This document shows positions 1 through 8,734 of a DNA stretch of 64,000 nt, piece after piece (position 1 is the first letter of the stretch; the number at the start of each line of letters is the position of its first letter). Position numbers and translations under genes: made by a program. The notes under the pieces were generated by a model. It was not told the origin of the DNA. It ran no database searches and saw only the letters and a program-made list of their open reading frames with translations. The DNA is from a virus (lineage: Duplodnaviria; Caudoviricetes): positions 8,224-72,223 of the IMG/VR virus record IMGVR_UViG_3300019371_000256. The stretch is one strand, 5' to 3'.

Positions 1-2
1 AG

Positions 3-1055
3 ATGGATTTTGAAATAGACTTTCCTGATATTTTGCCTTCCGATCAGATTGAGAAGCCGGTTATGATACAAAAACAGACCTTTGAAATAAATGTGGTGGA
101 TATGTTGTCTGGTGAGGAGCAGGAGAGCGTTGCGATATCGCAACAGGATGCGGATGTTAATAGTCAGGACTTTGAGGATAAACGAAGAGAAGAATGGTTG
201 ATCCGATGTGATGTCCTTAGAAAAATGTGCAATGCTCTTTGCGATATGCATTCCTATGGTCTGGAAAAAGATAATTACAGTATGACAGCAATTCAAAGAA
301 TATCAAGCGGATCCTATGGTTTTGGATTTGGCGATGACGGATCTGATCATTCAGAATATAACGTTGAATATAAGGAACCCAGGTACTACGTAGAGGAATT
401 TGATGGAATTGGAAACTGGGTATTTGAATCAGGTGAGATCGATCAGCAAATCTGGAATTTTAATGGCCGTGAATGGCATAATGCACATCCGGATCAGCAG
501 AAATTGGAAACCTCCCAGCTCGAAGATAAAGGATTTTATAATCCAGATGATGAAAAGAAAGTAGATGAATCTAACCCTGAAAATGTTATTGAACAACCAG
601 GAAGTGTACCGGAAGAGGACGAAACTGTACCTGTTTCTTCTGAAAACGTAATTGATGGAGAATATGAGGAAGTTCCGTCAGAACCGATAAAGCAGGAACA
701 GCCAGATCTTCCTATACTGAAGAACAATGAACAGCGCGCCGCTTTCATAGATGCCTATAAGACGTGGCCAATATGGATCGAGACCAAAGAAACAGGGGAA
801 AGGTACTACCGGTATGATTTATCGGAAAAGGCTGCCATTGTGGTAAAGGTATACTGGAAGCACTCATGGGAGAGTTATAAGGAATCTAAGAATTATGAAT
901 ACGGAGCAGAGCACTACTACCTTATGGGAGTGATGTCAGAATGGCATAACGGTAAAAATGCTTACGTGGAAGATGAGTCCAGGACATTTTATGAGTGTGG
1001 CACAAACCGATCTGCCCTAGTGGAATATTTGAAAGAATTTCAGAAAAAGCAATAG
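3..1055 (+). CDS. Hypothetical phage protein, acidic, probably 5'-truncated by the window edge
   Basis: 350-aa ORF from the window start, followed by phage early/late genes. Confidence 0.6.
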   Translation: MDFEIDFPDILPSDQIEKPVMIQKQTFEINVVDMLSGEEQESVAISQQDADVNSQDFEDKRREEWLIRCDVLRKMCNALCDMHSYGLEKDNYSMTAIQRISSGSYGFGFGDDGSDHSEYNVEYKEPRYYVEEFDGIGNWVFESGEIDQQIWNFNGREWHNAHPDQQKLETSQLEDKGFYNPDDEKKVDESNPENVIEQPGSVPEEDETVPVSSENVIDGEYEEVPSEPIKQEQPDLPILKNNEQRAAFIDAYKTWPIWIETKETGERYYRYDLSEKAAIVVKVYWKHSWESYKESKNYEYGAEHYYLMGVMSEWHNGKNAYVEDESRTFYECGTNRSALVEYLKEFQKKQ

Positions 1056-1078
1056 CGACAGGGTTGGAGGTGATTAAC

Positions 1079-2227
1079 TTGGGGATAGGAAGAAGTTGGA
1101 CTGCGGAGGAAGAATCCTACTTGGAAGATAAGTGGGGAACTATATCCATAAAGGGCATCGCAAAGAGTTTGAACCGGTCAGAGAATGCCGTTATTGTGAG
1201 AAGCCAGAGAATGGGATTGGGATCATTTTTATCATCAGGAGATTATATTACATGGAACCAACTGCAGATTGCTCTTGGAATGGGACTATCTGGAAGTGGA
1301 TACAAAATGATTTCCTGGGTACAGAACAGAGATTTCCCCTTACACACAAAGCGGATCAGGAACAATTCCTTCAAGGTTGTCTTTTTGGATGAGTTTTGGA
1401 TCTGGGCTGAGAAAAATAAGGCGTTCTTAGATTTTTCCCGGTTTGAACCCTATGCTCTCGGAGAAGAGCCTGCTTGGGTACAAGAAAAACGCCGGCAAGA
1501 TTATTCAGATCGGCTTCAAATCAAAAACGCTCCATGGACATCACATGAAGACGAAAAGCTGATCCGGCTTGTTAGAAAGCAGCGGTATGGATTTCGGGAA
1601 CTATCCCAGATGATGAAGAGAACCGAAGGAGCAATACAACGCCGTCTTACAGATTTGGGAATTAAGGACCGTCCGGTAAAAGCTGACAATCATACCAACT
1701 GGACTAATGAAGAGTTTTCTTTACTGGGGCAGATGATTATTGCAGGGAAAAAGTATGAACAGATGGCTGAAGTTATTGGCAAGTCGGTAAAAGCTATTCG
1801 TGGGAGGGTTTATCAGATGTATATTACCGAAAATTTGGACAAGATACGGGAAATGATCGGATCTGGCCCATGGGGATCTGGCAGACCGGAACGAAAGATT
1901 AAACAATATCTTCTCATGAACCTGGAAGAGAAAGCACAGACCAAGGAACTTATGACCAGACTGGCAGCTATCATTCGGAATCAGTATAAGCAAAACTTTG
2001 ATGATTGCGATTATTGGCAGAAAGACCTATGTCAGCACTGGGAGGGCTTCTGCATGGCGAGTGAAACGGATTGTGACAGCTGCGTGAATTTCCAACGGAT
2101 TAGGCTCCAGTATTGTAAACGCTGCGGAAAAGAGTTTTTGGAGCGGAAGGAAAATCTGTATTGTAAAGACTGTAGGGCTGCCAGAAAGAAACAGTATCTC
2201 AAGAAATTGGCAGTACTTGATAGATAA
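1079..2227 (+). CDS. Phage protein with repeated Myb/SANT-like W-T/S-x-E-E HTH units and a C-terminal Cys cluster
   Basis: GGAGGTG RBS then TTG at 1079; motifs WTAEEE, WTSHEDEKL, WTNEEF; C-terminal CKRC..CKDC. Confidence 0.6.
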   Translation: MGIGRSWTAEEESYLEDKWGTISIKGIAKSLNRSENAVIVRSQRMGLGSFLSSGDYITWNQLQIALGMGLSGSGYKMISWVQNRDFPLHTKRIRNNSFKVVFLDEFWIWAEKNKAFLDFSRFEPYALGEEPAWVQEKRRQDYSDRLQIKNAPWTSHEDEKLIRLVRKQRYGFRELSQMMKRTEGAIQRRLTDLGIKDRPVKADNHTNWTNEEFSLLGQMIIAGKKYEQMAEVIGKSVKAIRGRVYQMYITENLDKIREMIGSGPWGSGRPERKIKQYLLMNLEEKAQTKELMTRLAAIIRNQYKQNFDDCDYWQKDLCQHWEGFCMASETDCDSCVNFQRIRLQYCKRCGKEFLERKENLYCKDCRAARKKQYLKKLAVLDR

Positions 2228-2405
2228 AATCCCCTGAATAAGGGAGGTGCCGGTAAGATCGGGGGAATCCTACCGGCGGAAGTATGAAAAAAAGTATTTA
2301 TATTAAAAGGTTGTTTGCCTCTTTACAAGTATTAATATACCGGAGAATTGTGACGGGAGTTTGATGGTTCTGTGAAGATTTTGTGAGAGAAAGTTGTACA
2401 TTGAA

Positions 2406-2427
2406 AACTTTATATTGATAGTTAGTA
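2406..2427. repeat. L1: 22-bp inverted repeat of the cassette-1 terminator arm (2934-2955)
   Basis: AACTTTATATTGATAGTTAGTA is the exact reverse complement of TACTAACTATCAATATAAAGTT. Confidence 0.9.
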
Positions 2428-2443
2428 AGTATGGTGGTATTCT
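2415..2443 (+). promoter_or_regulatory. Putative sigma-A promoter of accessory cassette 1
   Basis: TTGATA-17 bp-TATTCT with extended TG; the -35 lies inside L1. Confidence 0.55.
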
Positions 2444-2581
2444 ACTATTGAAGGTTATTCATCTAAAGTGGGGGTTATGCAGTTAAACACCAGACATGCC
2501 TTGTATATTTGATACGTCTCGAAACTAATAACAGTCTAAACAAAGTTTAGGAACAAAGGTTGTATAGAATGGAGGGTATTT

Positions 2582-2821
2582 ATGTCAGATTGGGCAGGAG
2601 CCAATTCTTATAAAGATAAGAATATTTTAGAAACTTGTGATTATTGTGGTTGTGTATTTCGAATGGAAAACCAATTGCAGGATGGTCACAACGAATATGA
2701 AGAATACTATTGTCCGGAGTGCCGAAAAGAGTATAGAATTAGGGCAAGTCTTTCCCCAAGAGTGACTTTGGTTACTAAAAGAATAGACGGAAAATCAGAC
2801 CATTATAACAACAATAGATAA
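2582..2821 (+). CDS. Small zinc-ribbon protein (accessory gene)
   Basis: GGAGG RBS; CDYC and CPEC pairs. Confidence 0.75.
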   Translation: MSDWAGANSYKDKNILETCDYCGCVFRMENQLQDGHNEYEEYYCPECRKEYRIRASLSPRVTLVTKRIDGKSDHYNNNR

Positions 2822-2930
2822 GCTCATTTCAAACCTTGAAATACTATTCCACACGTTTAGTTAAAAATTTGTAATTTTTATACTTGTATTTCTAGCATAA
2901 TCCGAAACAAAAAAATAATTTTGAAAAGAA

Positions 2931-2967
2931 AACTACTAACTATCAATATAAAGTTGGTAGTTTTTTT
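2931..2967 (+). terminator. Intrinsic terminator R1
   Basis: AACTACTAAC-loop-GTTGGTAGTT followed by a T-run. Confidence 0.75.
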
Positions 2968-3037
2968 ATTGTCAAAAAGAGAGAAGTTAAAATGGCTATT
3001 TGAATTAGGATTTAAAAGAAAAATTGTTCCTTGATAA

Positions 3038-3066
3038 TTGAATATTGCTAGTTGGGGTGGTAAAAT
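3038..3066 (+). promoter_or_regulatory. Sigma-A promoter of the FRG cassette, overlapping inverted repeat L2 (3040-3055)
   Basis: TTGAAT-17 bp-TAAAAT with extended TG; GAATATTGCTAGTTGG is complementary (15/16) to 3836-3851. Confidence 0.7.
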
Positions 3067-3096
3067 AGATTATTAAATAGACAAAGAGGTGACTAT

Positions 3097-3828
3097 ATGA
3101 AGGAATATTTTATAAATTCATGGAATGAGTTTATGAGTGCTGTTTTAGAAATTTCCTTTGAGAATAAGGGATTTTGTTGGTATAGAGGACATAGAGAGAC
3201 AGGTTGGAAATTATTACCTTCTGTAAAAAGAGATCCTTTTAATCAAGGAGAAAATGAACAATATTTAGCTAATAATTTTTATATTGATGCAAGTCGTAGA
3301 ATAAGAGATAAGCCTAATAATAAAGCTGGATGGATTTCTCTCATGCAACACTATGGATTACCAACTAGGCTTTTAGATTGGTCAGAATCACCATTAATAG
3401 CACTATTTTTTGCTCTAGAAAATCAGGAAGGTTATTCTGAAAAAGATGCGATTGTATGGTCTTTAAATCCTGAAAAGTTAAATATCAACATGGATAACGA
3501 TAAATACCTATATCCAATGGATAGTTATACAGTTCAAAAATATATTGAGCCTGCTTTTTCAAAATGTACTGAACCCGATAATGTTATAGCTTGCTTCCCG
3601 GTAGAAAATGATTTGAGAATGTATGTTCAACAATCAGCATTTACAATTCATTCATCGAATTTACCACTTGAGGAATTTAAGTGTTCAGTTGATTTTTTAA
3701 ATAAAATTGTAATTTCGTCAAAAATAAAAAAAGAATTTAAATTACAACTTGAGATATGCGGATTCAAATTAAGTAACATATATCCAGATGTGGAGCATAT
3801 CTCAAAAGAATTAAAAAATAATTTTTAA
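3097..3828 (+). CDS. FRG domain protein
   Basis: WYRGH, LMQHYGLPTRLLDWSESPLIALFFA and R..QQS.FT motifs; low GC. Confidence 0.9.
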   Translation: MKEYFINSWNEFMSAVLEISFENKGFCWYRGHRETGWKLLPSVKRDPFNQGENEQYLANNFYIDASRRIRDKPNNKAGWISLMQHYGLPTRLLDWSESPLIALFFALENQEGYSEKDAIVWSLNPEKLNINMDNDKYLYPMDSYTVQKYIEPAFSKCTEPDNVIACFPVENDLRMYVQQSAFTIHSSNLPLEEFKCSVDFLNKIVISSKIKKEFKLQLEICGFKLSNIYPDVEHISKELKNNF

Positions 3829-3833
3829 ATACT

Positions 3834-3866
3834 AACCAACTATCAATATTCGGTAGTTGGTTTTTT
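3834..3866 (+). terminator. Intrinsic terminator R2
   Basis: AACCAACTA-loop-TAGTTGGTT followed by a T-run. Confidence 0.75.
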
Positions 3867-3888
3867 ATTACCCAAAAGGAGGAATATA

Positions 3889-4104
3889 TTGAGAAAATCA
3901 TCAAAAGACTGCAGAGCAGATAGAGCTAGCGTGAACAGTCGTATACAGGCCGAGGCGGATGAAGCTATAAAGGCGCCGCCGGTAATGAGCTTCAGCGCAA
4001 CAAATCCACCCTACGCATATACAAGCTCATGCCCGGATCCAAAGCGCAGGACTGGCCCAGCTTTTGCGGAATTACGGAGGAAGAAGGTGCAGCATGAGGC
4101 TTGA
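3889..4104 (+). CDS. Hypothetical phage protein
   Basis: AGGAGG RBS, TTG start, overlaps the next gene. Confidence 0.6.
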   Translation: MRKSSKDCRADRASVNSRIQAEADEAIKAPPVMSFSATNPPYAYTSSCPDPKRRTGPAFAELRRKKVQHEA

Positions 4105-4288
4105 AGAAAAACAGATAGTCACTGTCCAGATTTATCCAGGTAGGAAGTTTGGGACCATGATCGGCAGCAATGACGGTCTGATCGGGATACAGCTTAACAA
4201 TGGTGATTACATAGACGTACCCCAGGAGAGGGTGAGGATTGTGTCGGTAGAGGTGGAAAATGAAAAAGACGAAAATAGAATACAGTAA
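4094..4288 (+). CDS. Hypothetical phage protein
   Basis: ATG at 4094 overlapping the upstream ORF end; translationally coupled run. Confidence 0.6.
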   Translation: MRLEEKQIVTVQIYPGRKFGTMIGSNDGLIGIQLNNGDYIDVPQERVRIVSVEVENEKDENRIQ

Positions 4289-4448
4289 CAAGAAATGTCA
4301 ATGTTGTGGAAAGTTATATCCTCCCAAGACAGATCAGAAAAGATGTACTTGTAAGCAAGCTGGGTGGTTACTTGATTGGGGAACATGGCATGAGCCGAAA
4401 ATATTAGGCGTGAATCCAACAAATATACAACCGCCTGAAAAAAGTTGA
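4260..4448 (+). CDS. Small Cys-rich phage protein
   Basis: CQCC..CTC; GAGGTGG RBS. Confidence 0.6.
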   Translation: MKKTKIEYSNKKCQCCGKLYPPKTDQKRCTCKQAGWLLDWGTWHEPKILGVNPTNIQPPEKS

Positions 4449-4465
4449 TGGAGGAAATTTATTAT

Positions 4466-5452
4466 ATGAATCGGTCAAAAGTTGAATGGTGTGATCATGA
4501 ATGGAACCCAATAACCGGATGCTCTGACAAGTGCATCAAATGTACTTATACCAAGTTCATACGTGGCTTTGGTGGTGCTGATAGCAGATTTAATCTTTCA
4601 AAAACTCATATGTATAAGCAGGAAGGTGAGCTTTGCGTTTTAGAATCTGAATTCACCTCAGAAACAGGGTATAAAAGCGATTATCCATTTGGTATGTTGC
4701 CAACGTACCATCGATATAGATTAGGGCGTTTGGGTACCCTTAGTACCGGAAAGAATGTGCTTTGCGGTTCCATTGGTGAAATGTTTGGATATGAATCTTG
4801 GTGCTATAAAGAGATATTCGATGCTTGTAGATTGTATTCTCAAAACAACTATCTCTTCCTTTCATCAGAAATTGGATATAGTAAGCTGCTGCATACTTTG
4901 CCTGCGGAAGATAATATGTGGTACGGAAGTGTGATTTATAAAAAAGAAGACCCGGTATTTGCAAAAGAGGGATACCATTGCTTTCTTTACATTAACCCGA
5001 AAGAAGAGCTGGCTATGAATTTATTAGAATTAGATGTTCGGGTGGAATGGGTGGTTGTAGGTACCGGTGGCTGCAGGTATGGAAATAAAAAACAGATGCC
5101 TGAAAAGGAATGGATTGACAATATTATTAAATATACAGAAAGATTGAGCATCCCAATATTTATAGAATCTGCTATATGTCTGAAGTATCAGCTTCCACCT
5201 AGAAGAGAGTACCCGGATCAGTTGATGTGGAGTTCTGGCCGTCGGTATTTTGGGGAACTCAAGGAGAAAATGGTCGGTGTATGTGGAAAATGCAAACGAG
5301 AAGAATTAAAGCAGAATATGGTAGCTATATGTGGTCGAGTTCAGAGAGGGAAACAGCCACAACAAATGGGATATCTTTGTAAGGAATGCTTGGAGAAGGT
5401 ATGTGAGAAATACGATTTCAAAAATATTATAGGAGGTACCGCTAATGAGTAA
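4466..5452 (+). CDS. DUF5131 (Gp37/Gp68-like) radical-SAM-type phage protein with a C-terminal Zn finger
   Basis: KVEWCDHEWNPITGC, CxxxCxxC, WVVVG; C-terminal CGKC/CKEC. Confidence 0.8.
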   Translation: MNRSKVEWCDHEWNPITGCSDKCIKCTYTKFIRGFGGADSRFNLSKTHMYKQEGELCVLESEFTSETGYKSDYPFGMLPTYHRYRLGRLGTLSTGKNVLCGSIGEMFGYESWCYKEIFDACRLYSQNNYLFLSSEIGYSKLLHTLPAEDNMWYGSVIYKKEDPVFAKEGYHCFLYINPKEELAMNLLELDVRVEWVVVGTGGCRYGNKKQMPEKEWIDNIIKYTERLSIPIFIESAICLKYQLPPRREYPDQLMWSSGRRYFGELKEKMVGVCGKCKREELKQNMVAICGRVQRGKQPQQMGYLCKECLEKVCEKYDFKNIIGGTANE

Positions 5453-5741
5453 AAGAAGCTGCAGGAGAACCGAAGATGCAAAAATGATTCATGAGAAGGC
5501 GGTCAGGATGCGAAAAATGACTGATGAGCAACTTGTTCATTATGTGGAGGATCGCATCGCAAAAGCGGAGAGCGAAGGATATAACCGAATAAAAAAAGAT
5601 GCCAGTGGTGATCTGGATAATTCTACAGTGAAATATTTTTTAGATGGATTTAGACAGGTTCCTGGAGTAGGGAAAATTACATATAAGCGCCTGGTTGAGT
5701 ATGCAAAAGAAAATGGGTATATTCCTGAAGAACGATGTTGA
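5445..5741 (+). CDS. Hypothetical phage protein (C-terminal helix-hairpin-helix-like PGVGK)
   Basis: GGAGG RBS; VPGVGKITYKRL. Confidence 0.7.
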   Translation: MSKRSCRRTEDAKMIHEKAVRMRKMTDEQLVHYVEDRIAKAESEGYNRIKKDASGDLDNSTVKYFLDGFRQVPGVGKITYKRLVEYAKENGYIPEERC

Positions 5742-5840
5742 AAGTTAATCTATAAATTAAAAGAGGGTGCTTTCGCTCCCCTCCCTAACCAATATTATTG
5801 TAGCAGAGATGCATTTTAATAGCAAGGAGGAGTGTAAAGC

Positions 5841-6404
5841 ATGGATCAAAAGATTTTTATGATTAACGAGTTGGAGTTTGAACGAATGATGAAAGAGGCA
5901 GCAAAAATTGGGGCCACTACCGCGATAGAGAAATTAGGAGAAGAAAAGGCAAGGTATAAAAGAGAACTTGGAAAGAAGAAATTGCATAATACTGAGTTGT
6001 TAATGAGAAATTATCGGGTATTAAAGGTTCATACCGATAATTCCGTTTTTGATGCTGCTCATCTAAATGAATCCGCAGCGGATATCCTAATTAATATGAT
6101 GTCTCTAAAAGATGATGGAATGGTAGTTGAAAGTATTAAACGATCAGCAGAACGGACTGCTATTATGATGGCGCATATAGATGCAATGTTGGACTTATTT
6201 AAGCGATTGTGCGAGAGGTCCTGCAACGAACTACAAATGCGAAAATATGATGTATTATATCAACTTTATATTGCAGGAACTAACATGACCGTTAAACAGT
6301 TAGCGGAGCATTACAATATATCCAAAGAAAGTGTTTATGCGGATAAAAACTCTGCGATAAAGCAATTATCGGCTCTTCTGTTTGGAATTGATGCATTGAA
6401 ATGA
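5841..6404 (+). CDS. Phage late-gene transcriptional regulator (ArpU/RinA-like, C-terminal HTH)
   Basis: Position before the packaging genes; C-terminal sigma-4-like HTH (VKQLAEHYNISKESVY). Confidence 0.65.
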   Translation: MDQKIFMINELEFERMMKEAAKIGATTAIEKLGEEKARYKRELGKKKLHNTELLMRNYRVLKVHTDNSVFDAAHLNESAADILINMMSLKDDGMVVESIKRSAERTAIMMAHIDAMLDLFKRLCERSCNELQMRKYDVLYQLYIAGTNMTVKQLAEHYNISKESVYADKNSAIKQLSALLFGIDALK

Positions 6405-6411
6405 GGTTGTT

Positions 6412-7038
6412 ATGTATGAAGTTGCAAGATTATTAGATTTTGTACCAGGACCAGAAGGTACCGAGCTGAAATTATTAGTACCAAGGGTTAACCTAATGGA
6501 ACCTATAATCACTAAGGAGATTACTGAATGTGGGATCTGGCTTGATGATGGTCGACAAATAAGTGCAGCACAACGGAAAAAAATATATGCAATGTTCAAT
6601 GATATTTCTGAATGGACCGGATACAGTCCAAAGGAAACTCATGAGGTAATGAAGTATGAATACATAAAGTGTATTGGCTGTACTGAGTTTTCGCTAAGTG
6701 ACTGCAGTATGGATTTTGCACGTGATTTTATTAGCTTTCTTCTGGATTATGCATTAGCTCATGGTATGTGGTTATCAGATCATGGAATAGATCGAACTGA
6801 TGATATAGATAGGTATTTGTATTCCTGCCTGAAGCACAAGCGCTGCTGCGTATGTGGTAGGGCAGGAGAAACCCACCATGAGGACGCTATAGGCATGGGA
6901 AATAATCGAAAGAAAGTTGATGATTCGAAACACAAAAAAATATGTTTATGTAGAAAAGAGCATACTGAAGCACATACGATTGGTATGGCTACCTTTTCAA
7001 AAAAATACAAGGTATATGGAATCCTGTTTAATGAGTAA
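6412..7038 (+). CDS. Putative HNH-type phage nuclease (NinB/DUF968-like)
   Basis: ISAAQRKKIYA; CCVCG..ETHH; CLCRKEHTEAH. Confidence 0.7.
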   Translation: MYEVARLLDFVPGPEGTELKLLVPRVNLMEPIITKEITECGIWLDDGRQISAAQRKKIYAMFNDISEWTGYSPKETHEVMKYEYIKCIGCTEFSLSDCSMDFARDFISFLLDYALAHGMWLSDHGIDRTDDIDRYLYSCLKHKRCCVCGRAGETHHEDAIGMGNNRKKVDDSKHKKICLCRKEHTEAHTIGMATFSKKYKVYGILFNE

Positions 7039-7269
7039 AAATGGTTGCTAATGCTATCTTATGTCCATTGAGTTAAATTTGATAGATCGTATGTTTATAC
7101 AAGTAAATCCGTTATGGAATTAGGTTTAGCAATAGGGAAAAATGACGAATGTTATCGTTTTCGGTCATAAACTAAGGGTAAAATTTTTTGTTAACACCGT
7201 TTATCCGATATAGCATGTAAGAATGTACATTTACATTCAACAAAATATAGTTATTGATCTAAACATACA

Positions 7270-7299
7270 TTGACATTGCAAGATTAGTAATGTTAAAAT
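7270..7299 (+). promoter_or_regulatory. Sigma-A promoter of the PARIS-like operon
   Basis: TTGACA-18 bp-TAAAAT with extended TG. Confidence 0.65.
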
Positions 7300-7326
7300 G
7301 TAGAAAAATATAGGGGGGATGAAGAA

Positions 7327-8733
7327 ATGATTAAGTATTTTACGGTATATGGTCTATTTGGAAAGTTTAAAAATGAAATAGTTTTTAATGAAAAAGAAAA
7401 AATCACTTTATTAATTGGACCAAATGGATGTGGAAAAACTACTACATTAAAAATACTAAAATGTGTTTTTATGGATACTCTAAAAGAATTATGGAGATTT
7501 GACTTTGAGAAAATTGAAATAGGGATTGAAAATTCAATCATCAGGATTGAGACAGATAAGGAGTATCCCTATTTACAAAAAAAAATGAATAGAAACAACA
7601 AGACCTTCTCGATTCATGGCGTATTTAAAATTTTTTTGAATGATAAACCTATGGAATATGTATATTCTAGAAATACAGATAAGTATTTAGAAAGAAATTA
7701 TATAAAAAATCATTACTATGAAGATGAGATTAGTGAAATTACGAAATTTAATCCATATATTGAAAGGAGTATAATAAAGGAAGAATATAATGATACTTCT
7801 GCAGCAATTGAGTTGAATTTTCCTGAAGAAATAAAAGTACTATTAGAAAAAGTTAAAATCGATTTTGTTTCAACTAATAGATTACTAAAGATGGATATAG
7901 ACGAAAATATTCCTTTACGTGAATTGAGAAATCGTTTTCGCTATGAAAATATGGTTGAAGTATATTCAAATGAATTAGTTAAAATGATTAAAGATACATT
8001 ATCTGAATATGCTAATATATCACAAAAATTAGATGAAGCTTTTCCGGGAAAAATATTTGAAGCTTTAAAAAATAATATATATTATGATGAAGATAAAGAA
8101 TTAGTAGAAAAAAAAATTGAGGAAATTAATACTCTAAGAGAAAAACATATTAAAACGGGTATACTTGAGAGCAATGAAACTACAAAATACATTACAGATA
8201 GTATTGATACTGTTGATTCTAAAACATTGCCTATATTAAAGGTTTATTATAAAGATACAGAAGAAAAATTAAAATCTCTCAATGATTTGTCTGACCGTAT
8301 TTTATTGTTTATTGATTTGGTAAATAGAAAATTAATGTATGGTAAGCAGCTTATTATAACAAAAGAAAAAGGAATTCAAATAACAGATGAAAAAGGAATA
8401 CAAATAACAGAAGAAAAAGGAATACAAATAACAAAAGAAAAAGGAATTCAAATAACAGATAGAAAGAAGATAATAGAACTTTCCCAATTATCCTCTGGAG
8501 AGCAACAAGAGATAGTTTTACTGTATCGGCTTATATTTTCGTCAAATGAAAATCAGTTAATCTTAATTGACGAACCTGAAATTTCATTGCATGTAGCATG
8601 GCAGAGACAATTTGTTGATGACTTAAAGAAGATTATTGAATTAAATAAAATGAATATATTAATTGCTACACACTCACCTCAGATATTAAATGATTATTGG
8701 AATCTAACAGTAAAATTGGGTGAGGTAGAATAG
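7327..8733 (+). CDS. ariA: ABC/AAA_21-type ATPase, PARIS AriA-like
   Basis: Walker A GPNGCGKTT, signature LSSGEQQ, Walker B LILIDEPE, H-loop ATHSP; directly upstream of a DUF4435 gene. Confidence 0.8.
   Translation: MIKYFTVYGLFGKFKNEIVFNEKEKITLLIGPNGCGKTTTLKILKCVFMDTLKELWRFDFEKIEIGIENSIIRIETDKEYPYLQKKMNRNNKTFSIHGVFKIFLNDKPMEYVYSRNTDKYLERNYIKNHYYEDEISEITKFNPYIERSIIKEEYNDTSAAIELNFPEEIKVLLEKVKIDFVSTNRLLKMDIDENIPLRELRNRFRYENMVEVYSNELVKMIKDTLSEYANISQKLDEAFPGKIFEALKNNIYYDEDKELVEKKIEEINTLREKHIKTGILESNETTKYITDSIDTVDSKTLPILKVYYKDTEEKLKSLNDLSDRILLFIDLVNRKLMYGKQLIITKEKGIQITDEKGIQITEEKGIQITKEKGIQITDRKKIIELSQLSSGEQQEIVLLYRLIFSSNENQLILIDEPEISLHVAWQRQFVDDLKKIIELNKMNILIATHSPQILNDYWNLTVKLGEVE
8356..8460 (+). 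repeat. In-frame 24-bp tandem repeat (about 4.4 copies, IT[KDE]EKGIQ) in the ATPase
   Basis: ATAACA(A/G)A(A/T)GAAAAAGGAAT(T/A)CAA units at 8356, 8380, 8404, 8428 and a partial unit at 8452. Confidence 0.95.
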
Positions 8734-8734
8734 C

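Noticed and set aside
7040-7170. Short frame SKSVMELGLAIGK resembling a TIR/NDT motif
   Set aside because: Too short, with no start or RBS; at most a gene relic
8356-8460. Repeat as a mini-CRISPR array
   Set aside because: Units are contiguous with no spacers, in frame in a protein, and there are no cas genes
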